The notes beneath the pieces are model-generated. The model had not been told where the DNA came from. It ran no database searches and saw only the letters and a list, made by a program, of their open reading frames with translations. A stretch of 63,144 bases of DNA, counting the filler, from Octopus bimaculoides (Eukaryota): NCBI RefSeq assembly GCF_001194135.2. It is 9 parts of 8 records of this genome, joined end to end, with 100 filler letters (N's around TTAATTAATTAA, not from the genome) between each part and the next. Parts side by side here need not be neighbours in the genome. Positions count along the whole stretch, not along the records: positions 46,895 to 54,039 come from NC_068984.1; positions 54,140 to 58,607 come from NC_068981.1; positions 58,708 to 60,336 come from NC_069000.1; positions 60,437 to 63,144 come from NC_069001.1; 5 more parts are not named here. One strand, written 5' to 3'. Position numbers and translations under genes: made by a program. Below, in pieces: positions 52,991-63,144 of the stretch (positions within the stretch are counted from its first letter, which is position 1; every line of letters begins with the position of its first letter).

Positions 52991-53510
52991 GTATGAAAAG
53001 GCATCTACAACCTTGTAAAGGCCTTTGACACTGTCCCAAGGCCTGCAATGCTTCGGCTGCCCCGATCAATTCATTTCCCTTGTACAGGGATTACATGATG
53101 GTATGACTGGAACCATCTTCCATCAAAACCTATTGTCTGAAGACTTTCCCATCACTGAAGGATTAGAAAAAGGATGCGTTTTGGTCCTGACGCTCTTCTC
53201 CCTGTACCTTGCACCAATGTTTCATGAACTACCTTCAGACAATCCAGAAGTCAACATTAGGTACCGATATAATGGGGGATATTTCAGCCTTGCCAGATTG
53301 AAGTCACGAAGACTGACCAGGGAGCAAAAGATCACTGAACTTCAGTATGCTGATGACAATGCAGTGGTCTGCCACTTCAGTGAACATCTTCAACAATCGG
53401 TGAACAACTTCAATGCTTACACTCGGTTTAGCCTAAAAGTCAGCATCAAAAAGACAAAAATCCCTGCACAACCTATTCTAAGTCAGGAAACTCTTTGGAA
53501 TAATTATATC
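52991..53510 (+). mobile_element. RTE-clade LINE reverse-transcriptase segment, inverted relative to its 3' part
   Basis: NLVKAFDTV, FGCPDQFISLVQGLHDGM, GLEKGCVL...LFSLY, ELQYADDNAVV and LKVSIKKTK RT motifs on the plus strand. Confidence 0.92.
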
Positions 53511-53827
53511 AAACTAATTGTTGAATCAGCTGCATGACTGTTGGTTCTTTAGATTGAGAGATTGAGTTTGTCATTTTTTCTCCAAATATATTCTTTGTCT
53601 TTATAAATATCTCATTCACACTTGTATGGAATACTGTTGTCACATCGGGGCTGGTACCTCTGCTAGTATTTTCCTCTCTTTGGTCAAGCTTAAAATCTAA
53701 CATTGTTGGTCTTGTTTTGGCAGCTAAACCTTTTCTCGTTATTGGGGCATTGCTTCAATATCTCCATTTCATGGTTGTTGTTGTGCTCAACTTTCTTCTC
53801 TTGTCCCTCCTTTTGAAGTAACTGCAT

Positions 53828-53859
<32 letters not shown>

Positions 53860-54139
53860 AACAATTGCAGCATGGAAGATGTTTGTAAGCCATTTAAGAA
53901 CACACAAAAAACCGTTAGATTCACTTCAACATTTAAATTTAATTTGTGTCAAAATCTTTTCTTCACTTTGAAACCGCGACCTGTTCACTGACAAAGCTTT
54001 GCACTGCATCTTATATATATATATATATATATATACACANNNNNNNNNNNNNNNNNNNNNNNNNNNNNNNNNNNNNNNNNNNNTTAATTAATTAANNNNN
54101 NNNNNNNNNNNNNNNNNNNNNNNNNNNNNNNNNNNNNNN

Positions 54140-54171
<32 letters not shown>

Positions 54172-54507
54172 ATATATATATATATACATGCATATATATA
54201 TATGTGTGTGTGTGTGTCTAATATGTACACACACATACACACACACATATATATATACCTGTACGTACTATGTATATATGTATATATGCATGTATCTAGC
54301 ATGTGTGCATGTGCGTGTGCAAAAATTTATGCATGAATACACACATGCGTGTATGTAAAGACAGATGGATGTTGGTATATGTATATGTATGTCTCGTATT
54401 ATCTATGTCTTTGTACGTGTATGCATTTTTATGTTTTATGTGTGTATGCATAAATGTGTGCATGTGTATATCTACTTAGGGCCATGCTTGTGAGCATGTG
54501 TTACATA

Positions 54508-54541
<34 letters not shown>

Positions 54542-55902
54542 NNNNNNNNNNNNNNNNNNNNNNNNNNNNNNNNNNNNNNNNNNNNNNNNNNNNNNNNNNN
54601 NNNNNNNNNNNNNNNNNNNNNNNNNNNNNNNNNNNNNNNNNNNNNNNNNNNNNNNNNNNNNNNNNNNNNNNNNNNNNNNNNNNNNNNNNNNNNNNNNNNN
54701 NNNNNNNNNNNNNNNNNNNNNNNNNNNNNNNNNNNNNNNNNNNNNNNNNNNNNNNNNNNNNNNNNNNNNNNNNNNNNNNNNNNNNNNNNNNNNNNNNNNN
54801 NNNNNNNNNNNNNNNNNNNNNNNNNNNNNNNNNNNNNNNNNNNNNNNNNNNNNNNNNNNNNNNNNNNNNNNNNNNNNNNNNNNNNNNNNNNNNNNNNNNN
54901 NNNNNNNNNNNNNNNNNNNNNNNNNNNNNNNNNNNNNNNNNNNNNNNNNNNNNNNNNNNNNNNNNNNNNNNNNNNNNNNNNNNNNNNNNNNNNNNNNNNN
55001 NNNNNNNNNNNNNNNNNNNNNNNNNNNNNNNNNNNNNNNNNNNNNNNNNNNNNNNNNNNNNNNNNNNNNNNNNNNNNNNNNNNNNNNNNNNNNNNNNNNN
55101 NNNNNNNNNNNNNNNNNNNNNNNNNNNNNNNNNNNNNNNNNNNNNNNNNNNNNNNNNNNNNNNNNNNNNNNNNNNNNNNNNNNNNNNNNNNNNNNNNNNN
55201 NNNNNNNNNNNNNNNNNNNNNNNNNNNNNNNNNNNNNNNNNNNNNNNNNNNNNNNNNNNNNNNNNNNNNNNNNNNNNNNNNNNNNNNNNNNNNNNNNNNN
55301 NNNNNNNNNNNNNNNNNNNNNNNNNNNNNNNNNNNNNNNNNNNNNNNNNNNNNNNNNNNNNNNNNNNNNNNNNNNNNNNNNNNNNNNNNNNNNNNNNNAA
55401 CCAGGCCTTGTGCCTATAATAGAAAGGTTTATTAGCTACTGCCAATATGCTTCAGCCATTTTTTGACAAGGAAATAATAATTTTATCACCGCCAGAATCG
55501 TTTGAGAATCGTTTGTTTATGTAGTCAGCACTTAATGTATTCGGCTGAATGGACGTCAGTCATTGGTTGAAATTACAGAAATACGACAACTTTAACATGA
55601 AATAAGTTGCAATATAATAATTTTTCTTAAGAAGACTAAGAGAAAAAGATGTTTTATATGGCACATTCTACCAGTGTCCCAAGTTTCAAAGTGTTTCGTT
55701 AAGAAAATACTGGCGCCCCCGTTTTGAACTAATAAATGAGTACGTCACTCATTGTTGTGTGTATATGTGAATGTAAGTCGTGTGTTTGTATGTGTTTATG
55801 TGTATGTGTGTGTTTAAGAGTGCCTCTGTGTGTTTGTGTGTGCGTGTGCGTGTGTGAATGTGCGTACATGTATAAGTATAAGTATATGCATATAAATACA
55901 TA

Positions 55903-56720
55903 CTAAATAGTTAAACAAAATAATGGAAACACCTCGTAAAGTGGAGGCCATATTATTCGATATAGACTTAGTCCACTGAAGGTATCAATCACCTCTTTGA
56001 TATGTCAGAGAATTATGGAAATTCTGAGCCATCGTTCACGTAAATGTCGCTTCAGCGATGATGGTGAAGGGAAACAACTCCTTATTTGATGATCCAAACT
56101 GCGCCGTAAATTATGTTGAGATCCGGTAATTGTGGTGTGAGGAGGGGGGGGGACAATCCAAGTGATCTACTTTACCTTTGCGTTCTTCCTACCAATTATG
56201 AATAACATTAACCGTGTGAATCCATGCATTATCGTCCTGGGAGATTTTCACTACCATCAGGGAACCATGTTTGTACCATTTGATGAACAGAATCAACTAA
56301 AACACTCAGGTAAACCACGTTGTTATCTCTACCATGGAGAACAACTGAAAGGCCAATTGAATGTTGTGATATGGCTGCCCAAATCATCACAAAAACCAGA
56401 TCTATGCTTCACGGAAAGGGCCAAATAGTTGAAGGATTCCTTAGTCTCTCCCCAAACATAAACTCGTCTTGGGGTGGGGGGAAAAGGATGATTCATAAGA
56501 GATGGCATTGTTCCATTGAGCCACTTATCATAGTCTAGATACCATTTTCCCCGCTTGTGATCGTCGATGAGGGACAGGGCAGGTTTAGAATTCGCAGCCC
56601 TTCTATGGTTTGCCGTTTGTTCGAGCTCACGACAGACGGTTTCAGTTGACACACGGTTGACAAGGCAACGATTTAGTTTTGCTGCCATAATTCAATGGCT
56701 TTTAGACACAATACATTCCA
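55903..56720 (-). mobile_element. Degraded Tc1 element (same TIR family as 17281)
   Basis: TIR remnant acaaaataatggaaacacc near 55915. Minus ORF TVCRELEQT...AANSKPALS...RVYVW...LSVKH resembles the Tc1 transposase linker and DDE start. Confidence 0.7.
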
Positions 56721-56741
56721 CTATTCTGCTCTCTCTCTCTC

Positions 56742-56785
<44 letters not shown>

Positions 56786-56969
56786 NNNNNNNNNNNNNNN
56801 NNNNNNNNNNNNNNNNNNNNNNNNNNNNNNNNNNNNNNNNNNNNNNNNNNNNNNNNNNNNNNNNNNNNNNNNNNNNNNNNNNNNNNNNNNNNNNNNNNNN
56901 NNNNNNNNNNNNNNNNNNNNNNNNNNNNNNNNNNNNNNNNNNNNNNNNNNNNNNNNNNNNNNNNNNNNN

Positions 56970-57008
<39 letters not shown>

Positions 57009-57756
57009 CCTTGAATAAAATAGATCGACAGCAACATTTTCCTTTCATGGCAAAATATGCACCTAATTCAATAAAATTATGAAGGTTACTCTGATTACTA
57101 TTCATAAAATAGAAAATATTTTATTTTTTTGTAGATCAGGTAGGCATAATTCGCCCCTGCTTTTCAATCTCGGTATTTAAGCTACGCACTGTATTGCTGT
57201 AGTACACGTGCTGCGTACACTCCTACAATGTTTTCTTTATTTTCTATAAAGGCAGAAGTAAATCTGCCTTCAACTCGGTCGCATGCCTGTGTTTCGCTTT
57301 TTTTTTTGTGTGTGTTTTACTCCATAAAGGTCATCAACTGCCTACCCTGAGTAATTACTGACGACACGCGCCTGCTATCTATCGATTTATCTGTCTGTGA
57401 GCTTATAGTCTAAGTCCGTTGGCCTCTACAGGTAAGAGAGAACGGTTATCATGCTAATGACGGCTACTGAGGCAGAAACAGGTGTGCTCGACTCTCCTCT
57501 TATCTACAGAGAAAGTGGCATTTCAGTTTTGAGGAATTCTTGAATATCTTGAGATTATCTCCCATTCTGAAGTGGAGCTGGTACCAATTGCCATTTGGGA
57601 ATTGTGATACAGCCTCAACAGTTAGAGTTTTAGTAAATCAAGGATTTATATTGTATGGTATTTGATAGACCTGTATCAGCCTCTCTTGCTCAAATACACA
57701 CCACTGACCACTCTGAGTTATTGCCCCTTCCATATTTTTGTCTATATCTTTTATCT

Positions 57757-57966
57757 TTTACTTGTTTCAGTCATTATACTGTGGCCATGCTGGGGCTCCG
57801 CATTGAAGAAGTTTTAGTCGTATGAATCAATCTCAGGACATTTTGCTTCTTTGTTTGTTTGTTTTTTTTGTTTTTTCAAGCCTAGTCCTTATTCTATTGG
57901 ACGCCTTTGCCGAACTGCTAAGTTATGGAGATGTAAACATACCAATACCAATTATCAGATACACAA

Positions 57967-57990
<24 letters not shown>
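57757..57990 (-). mobile_element. SINE family A, 3' half
   Basis: tttacttgtttcagtcat..actgtggccatgct...gccgaactgctaagtta, directly adjacent to the next copy. Confidence 0.75.
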
Positions 57991-58001
<11 letters not shown>

Positions 58002-58043
58002 CGTGTGTGTGTGAACACACACATACACACACACACATATATA

Positions 58044-58447
58044 TTTACTCGTTTACTTGTTTCAGTCATTTGACTGTGGCCATGCTGAAGCACCGCCTTT
58101 AGTCGAGCAAATCGACCCCAGAACTTAGTCTTTGTAAGCCTGGTACTTATACTATCGGTCTTTTTTGCCGAACCGCTAAGTAACAGGGACGTAAACACAC
58201 CAGCATCGGTTGTCAAGCGATGTTGGGGAGACAAACACAGACACACAAACATATACACACACACACACACACATATATATATACGATGGGCTTCTTTCAG
58301 TTTCTGTCTACCAAATCCACTCACAAGGCTTTGGTCGACCCGAGGCTATAGTAGAAGACACTTGCCCAAGATGCCACGCAGTGGGACTGAATCCGAACCA
58401 TGTGGTTCGTGAACAAGCTACTTACCACACAGCCACTCCTACGCCTA
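58044..58447 (-). mobile_element. Near-full-length, young-looking SINE family A
   Basis: tRNA-like head (taggcgtaggagtggctgtgtggtaagtag...ggattcagtccc), conserved central block, internal (TA)/(TG) tract, and 3' tail tcaaatgactgaaacaagtaaa. CpGs largely retained. Confidence 0.92.
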
Positions 58448-58532
58448 TGTGTGTGTGTGTGTGTGTTAAATAAAATAAGATAATAAGGCCAAGGCAATTT
58501 GATTTTCCTTGGACATTATAGATAGAGAGTTG

Positions 58533-58577
58533 GTCTTACAGCTGTTTCAGGGAAATAAATATCCCATCATCAGAGAC
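58533..58577 (-). ncRNA. Minimal type I hammerhead ribozyme motif
   Basis: Minus strand: GUCU-CUGAUGA-uGGGAuauuuauuUCCCu-GAA-ACAGCUGU-A-AGAC. Helix I GUCU/AGAC, helix II GGGA/UCCC, palindromic helix III and GUA cleavage triplet. Confidence 0.65.
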
Positions 58578-58707
58578 GAATTAAAAAGGCTTCAATATAA
58601 GGAATTANNNNNNNNNNNNNNNNNNNNNNNNNNNNNNNNNNNNNNNNNNNNTTAATTAATTAANNNNNNNNNNNNNNNNNNNNNNNNNNNNNNNNNNNNN
58701 NNNNNNN

Positions 58708-58855
58708 CAAAGAAGGAAAAGAAATCGTCAACAGCACGTGTATAATTATATTACTAAATACAGTAGAAGATATATGTATATATATACATATATCTTCTAC
58801 TGTATTTAGTAATATAATTATACACGTGCTGTTGACGATTTCTTTTCCTTCTTTG
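58708..58855. repeat. Perfect 148-bp palindrome at the start of an assembly piece
   Basis: caaagaagg...gtatat|atatac...ccttctttg, centred in a (TA) tract between 58781 and 58782. Confidence 0.9.
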
Positions 58856-58983
58856 AACTTTTCAACGAAGAGCTATGCTCGTAACGTTAAACTGTCTTTC
58901 CGCCCAGTGTCAAGCTAATACATTTCTTGTGCACGTCCTCTTGTTAATCTTACTCGTTTATTTGAATTGACTATATATATATG

Positions 58984-59039
<56 letters not shown>

Positions 59040-59075
59040 NNNNNNNNNNNNNNNNNNNNNNNNNNNNNNNNNNNN

Positions 59076-59115
<40 letters not shown>

Positions 59116-59170
59116 ACACACATACACATCCGCGCGCGCACATGCACACTCACTTCTGCACACGTTTATG

Positions 59171-59205
<35 letters not shown>

Positions 59206-60298
59206 GTGTATATATGTATACTTTTCTTTCAACATATATTGAAGACACCAATGCGTTCTAGTTTAATCTATTTATTAGTGATTTTTCATAATTTCTTTAT
59301 AAGTCTTATTTTTAGTTTGGAAAAGTAACGCATATATACGCACACGACATACACACACATACATACATCGTTATATATGCGTGTATGTACATATTTGTGT
59401 GTATTTTAGGGTACGTATGTGTATCTATAAGTCACTCTGCGTGTGTGTACGTGTGTGTATCTATAAGTTACTGTGTGTGTCTGTGTGTGTGTGTATGTGT
59501 GTTTGAGTAAGCGCGAAATTGCAGTGTGCCCCCAGATCGTATATGAGATACGATATTTATCAAATTAATGGAAAAATATTGTATACACTGTCCACATTTT
59601 CCTATAGTTCTCCAAACACACAACACAGATTCGTTATCTGTAAGGTCAACTTATAGATAGCTCTTCGAGGCAGTTAGCTTGCCTACAGGAAGCTAAGTTT
59701 CAACTTCTCCAGCGCGGAACGCCTTCAGTGTTCGGATGGGAAACTAGTTAAGTGGGATAAGACGGTGGTGGGATAGTCATAACAAATAAACGGTGGGTGG
59801 TCTTAAATGAGGAAATTAGATTAGGATCGCTTAAATTTTGCGAAGAATCAGATTCAGCAAAACAGTGGAGTGAGTTACAGCCGAGTTAGGAGATAGATTA
59901 GAAACAGCCTTGTACGAAAAGACATCAGAGTCGAAGTACAAAGAGCCAACAACGGCTATTGACTATTTCTTTATACGGGTCGATACTTCTCAGATCGATG
60001 AAAATGCTTACACTTCTACCATACTTGTGTTCTGCGCAGTTTTTGCGAATGGCAGCTCTCATTTTCATCATCGTGTCGGCGTCGTCGCTACCGTTTTTAC
60101 TGCCATCAATCATCATCACAACCATCACCATCGTCACCGTCGTCGTCGTCATCGTCACCGTCGTCGTCGTCGCCGACGCCGCCGTCGGCATCATAATCAT
60201 CATCATCGTTATCGTCATCGTCATCATCGTTATCATCATCATCATCATGCCATTGCCATCATCGCCATTATTATTATCTCAACCGTCCCCCCCCCCAC

Positions 60299-60336
<38 letters not shown>

Positions 60337-60436
60337 NNNNNNNNNNNNNNNNNNNNNNNNNNNNNNNNNNNNNNNNNNNNTTAATTAATTAANNNNNNNN
60401 NNNNNNNNNNNNNNNNNNNNNNNNNNNNNNNNNNNN

Positions 60437-60696
60437 TATTCTATCGGTCTATTTTGCTGAACCGCTAAGTTACGGGGACATAACACACCAGCATCGGTTG
60501 TCAAGCAATGCTGGGGGAACAAACACGCACACATATATATATACATATATACGATGGGCTTCTTTCAGTTTCTGTCTACCAAATCCACTCACAAACCTTT
60601 GGTCGGCCCGAGGCTATAGTAGAAATCACTAGCCCAAGATGCCACGCAGTGGGACTGAACCCGGAACCATGTGGTTGGTAAGCAAGGTACTTACCA
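60437..60696 (-). mobile_element. SINE family A, head and central part
   Basis: Colinear with the corresponding part of 58044-58447. Confidence 0.88.
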
Positions 60697-60772
60697 TATA
60701 TATATATATATATTTATGTGGAGAATGGAGCAACAAATACAAGAAGAAGCAATTCTGTTGGGCTATCATTTA

Positions 60773-60808
<36 letters not shown>

Positions 60809-61129
60809 TTCAAAAAAAACAATAACAAAAAGACAACAAAGTGAGGACGTGATACGGATAGTGTTATTGGACGCTCAGGAAAGGAAATGTTCTTAAATAT
60901 GCACATATAAGTATAAATATATGTAAATTTGTGTAAGTATATGTAAAAGGTAAAGAGTAAAGACCTACTTTGATCATGAAATACTGTGGGATTGTACTTA
61001 GAAAGTTGCCCTCCAAGGCACAAGCCCAGGCAGGGTTGTTTATGGTAGACTAGCAGTCACCCATGCATAACAACCCCCCCCCCCTTCTCCATGCCACCAG
61101 TGTTATCCAAGGGAAAGGCAAAGGGGCCG

Positions 61130-61303
61130 ATACAGCTTGGCACCAGTGAAGTCGCAACTCATTTCTACAGATGAGTGAACTGGAGCAACGTGAAATAATG
61201 TGTCTTGCTCAAGAACACATCACGCTGCCCAGTCCAGGAATTGAACTCACTACCTCACGATTGTGAGCCCAACACTCTACCCACTGAGCCATGTGCCTCC
61301 ACT
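61130..61303 (-). mobile_element. SINE family C
   Basis: Minus strand: gtggaggcacatggctcagtggg (A box)...gagttcaattcc (B box)...gtgttcttgagcaagacacattatttcacgttgctccag, shared with 16910-17163. Confidence 0.8.
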
Positions 61304-63144
61304 GAGTAAAGGCATTTGGTGAGTGTATGTATACATATATAATGTATGTATGGCTATATATGCACACACACAAATGTAGCATACGTGCACACATATACAT
61401 ACATATACCATATGTACACACACATTTAACACACGCACACACATATACACATCATGACTTTTCCCTTTCTTCCTCAATTCATGTATTTTCTGAGTTTTTT
61501 CTGTCCTCTCCCTTCCACCTTCTTTTCTCTGTGTATTAAGTTCCTGTTTCTTTTCTCAGTCTCTTTGTAGCATGTTTATCCTCTCCCCGAACCCCCCANN
61601 NNNNNNNNNNNNNNNNNNNNNNNNNNNNNNNNNNNNNNNNNNNNNNNNNNNNNNNNNNNNNNNNNNNNNNNNNNNNNNNNNNNNNNNNNNNNNNNNNNNN
61701 NNNNNNNNNNNNNNNNNNNNNNNNNNNNNNNNNNNNNNNNNNNNNNNNNNNNNNNNNNNNNNNNNNNNNNNNNNNNNNNNNNNNNNNNNNNNNNNNNNNN
61801 NNNNNNNNNNNNNNNNTTCATTTCCAAGCTCCCATCCAACTGGCATTATTTACATACACACAGTGATGTAAAGATAACTTAGGTAAATAGATACACACGC
61901 ACACATGCACACACACACACACACACACATACATACATGCATACATGCAGTTCCATATCACCATGGTTACAGGAGTAGAATAAACAAGAGCATCCAATTA
62001 TATTTATATTTCATTGTGTTTTTTTGTTTTTGTTTTGTATTTTTTCTTTATGTTTTTTTTCATAACACTATTTTCCATTACAGTAGTATTAGCAACAGTG
62101 ATGGTGAGGGGGGGATGGTCAGTAAAACTTTAAGCTGTAATCCAGTCGAGCAGGTGGTGGGGAGCTGGTTTAGGAGTCCCAGGGTTTCAAAGGAATGTGG
62201 GACCACCACTTAGTCACTATTATTCCCAGGTTGAGTCTGAGTCTGGCCCAGTTTAGCGGCACCTGACAGAGCTCCAGTTACGGGTTGGGTTGGGTTAAAT
62301 AGCATATAACCACCACCAGAACCAGGATACACTGAAAACATGGGAAGCGGCATGGCGGACATGAACTATTTCAGCAAATGGATTTATTGAATCAATGTCA
62401 AATATCACTGGATGCTGAGCAGATGAATGGATAACAAGCTATCAATGGCCAGAATCAAACAGTTCAGTTAGCAAACTACAGCTGTCATCTGTAGTTGTGG
62501 CATGTGCAGACAAGATATTTCAACTAACGAAAGACCAATATGATTTAAACCCAGGTCAGACATTTCTGATGCATTGCTTGATTGGCACATCTGGTATGGA
62601 AGAGTTGCATTGGTCTGGGCAAGTTACCTGACCAGATGATGATGTTTCTATGGGTAACTGGCATGATGTTAGTATAAGTGGTCGCAGCCACAACCAACAG
62701 TACAGTCTGAATATCAGTGGCAAGGTGGCTTCTGCCATTAGATCAGGCATGGGTAACCTCTTTCAAGAAGTGGGCCACATGAGACATGGCATGTTATCAA
62801 GTGACCCACAACACTATAAATATCCAAGTTACGTGTGCCATTCAGAAAGTCCGATGGGTTGCAGTTTGCCTACAACCTTCAAAAGGGTTCTTCTAATGAT
62901 GAGTGATTTTGTTTTATGTTTTTTAATTGAGAGAGAAGACATAGATGTCCCATGACCCTTGACAGGGTCTCTGAGTCAAGTGGAAGAAGATGGACGGAGG
63001 GAGGTTAGTATCCTCAAACTGGACACCTCACCCCAATTGCTTATAACATAGTGGATTCTGTTAAAGGTAACCAAACCATCAGATGGGGATGTTAAACTGA
63101 GCCTTGCATTTACTCTCTCTCCTGTACATATATATATATATATA

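Noticed and set aside
59910-60392. 160-aa His/Arg-rich ORF
   Set aside because: It is mostly (CAT/CGT)n microsatellite running into a gap, and the unique part has no family signal.

Overview
AT-rich, gap-ridden eukaryotic DNA dominated by microsatellites and repeats. The SINE families look like those I recall from octopus (cephalopod) genomes; this origin is an inference. Eight identical 100-nt spacers (44 N + TTAATTAATTAA + 44 N) split the window into nine pieces, so adjacency across them is not guaranteed. The only host coding sequence I can support is one 122-nt internal exon (minus strand, 43578-43699) of an SLCO/OATP organic anion transporter. The rest is mobile-element debris: three tRNA-derived SINE families, R4/Dong-like, RTE and CR1/L2-like LINE fragments, Tc1, maT/mariner, pogo-like and Merlin DNA transposon remnants, and an integrase remnant. 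The most interesting structures are minimal hammerhead-ribozyme motifs of the Penelope-associated type, a twin-priming-style 5'-inverted RTE, an approximately 775-bp fold-back element, a 97-nt hairpin, a tRNA-like sequence between direct repeats, and complementary microsatellite tracts bracketing the SLCO exon. I find no convincing novel multi-gene system. Nearly all ORFs in the supplied track are microsatellite or N-gap artefacts.
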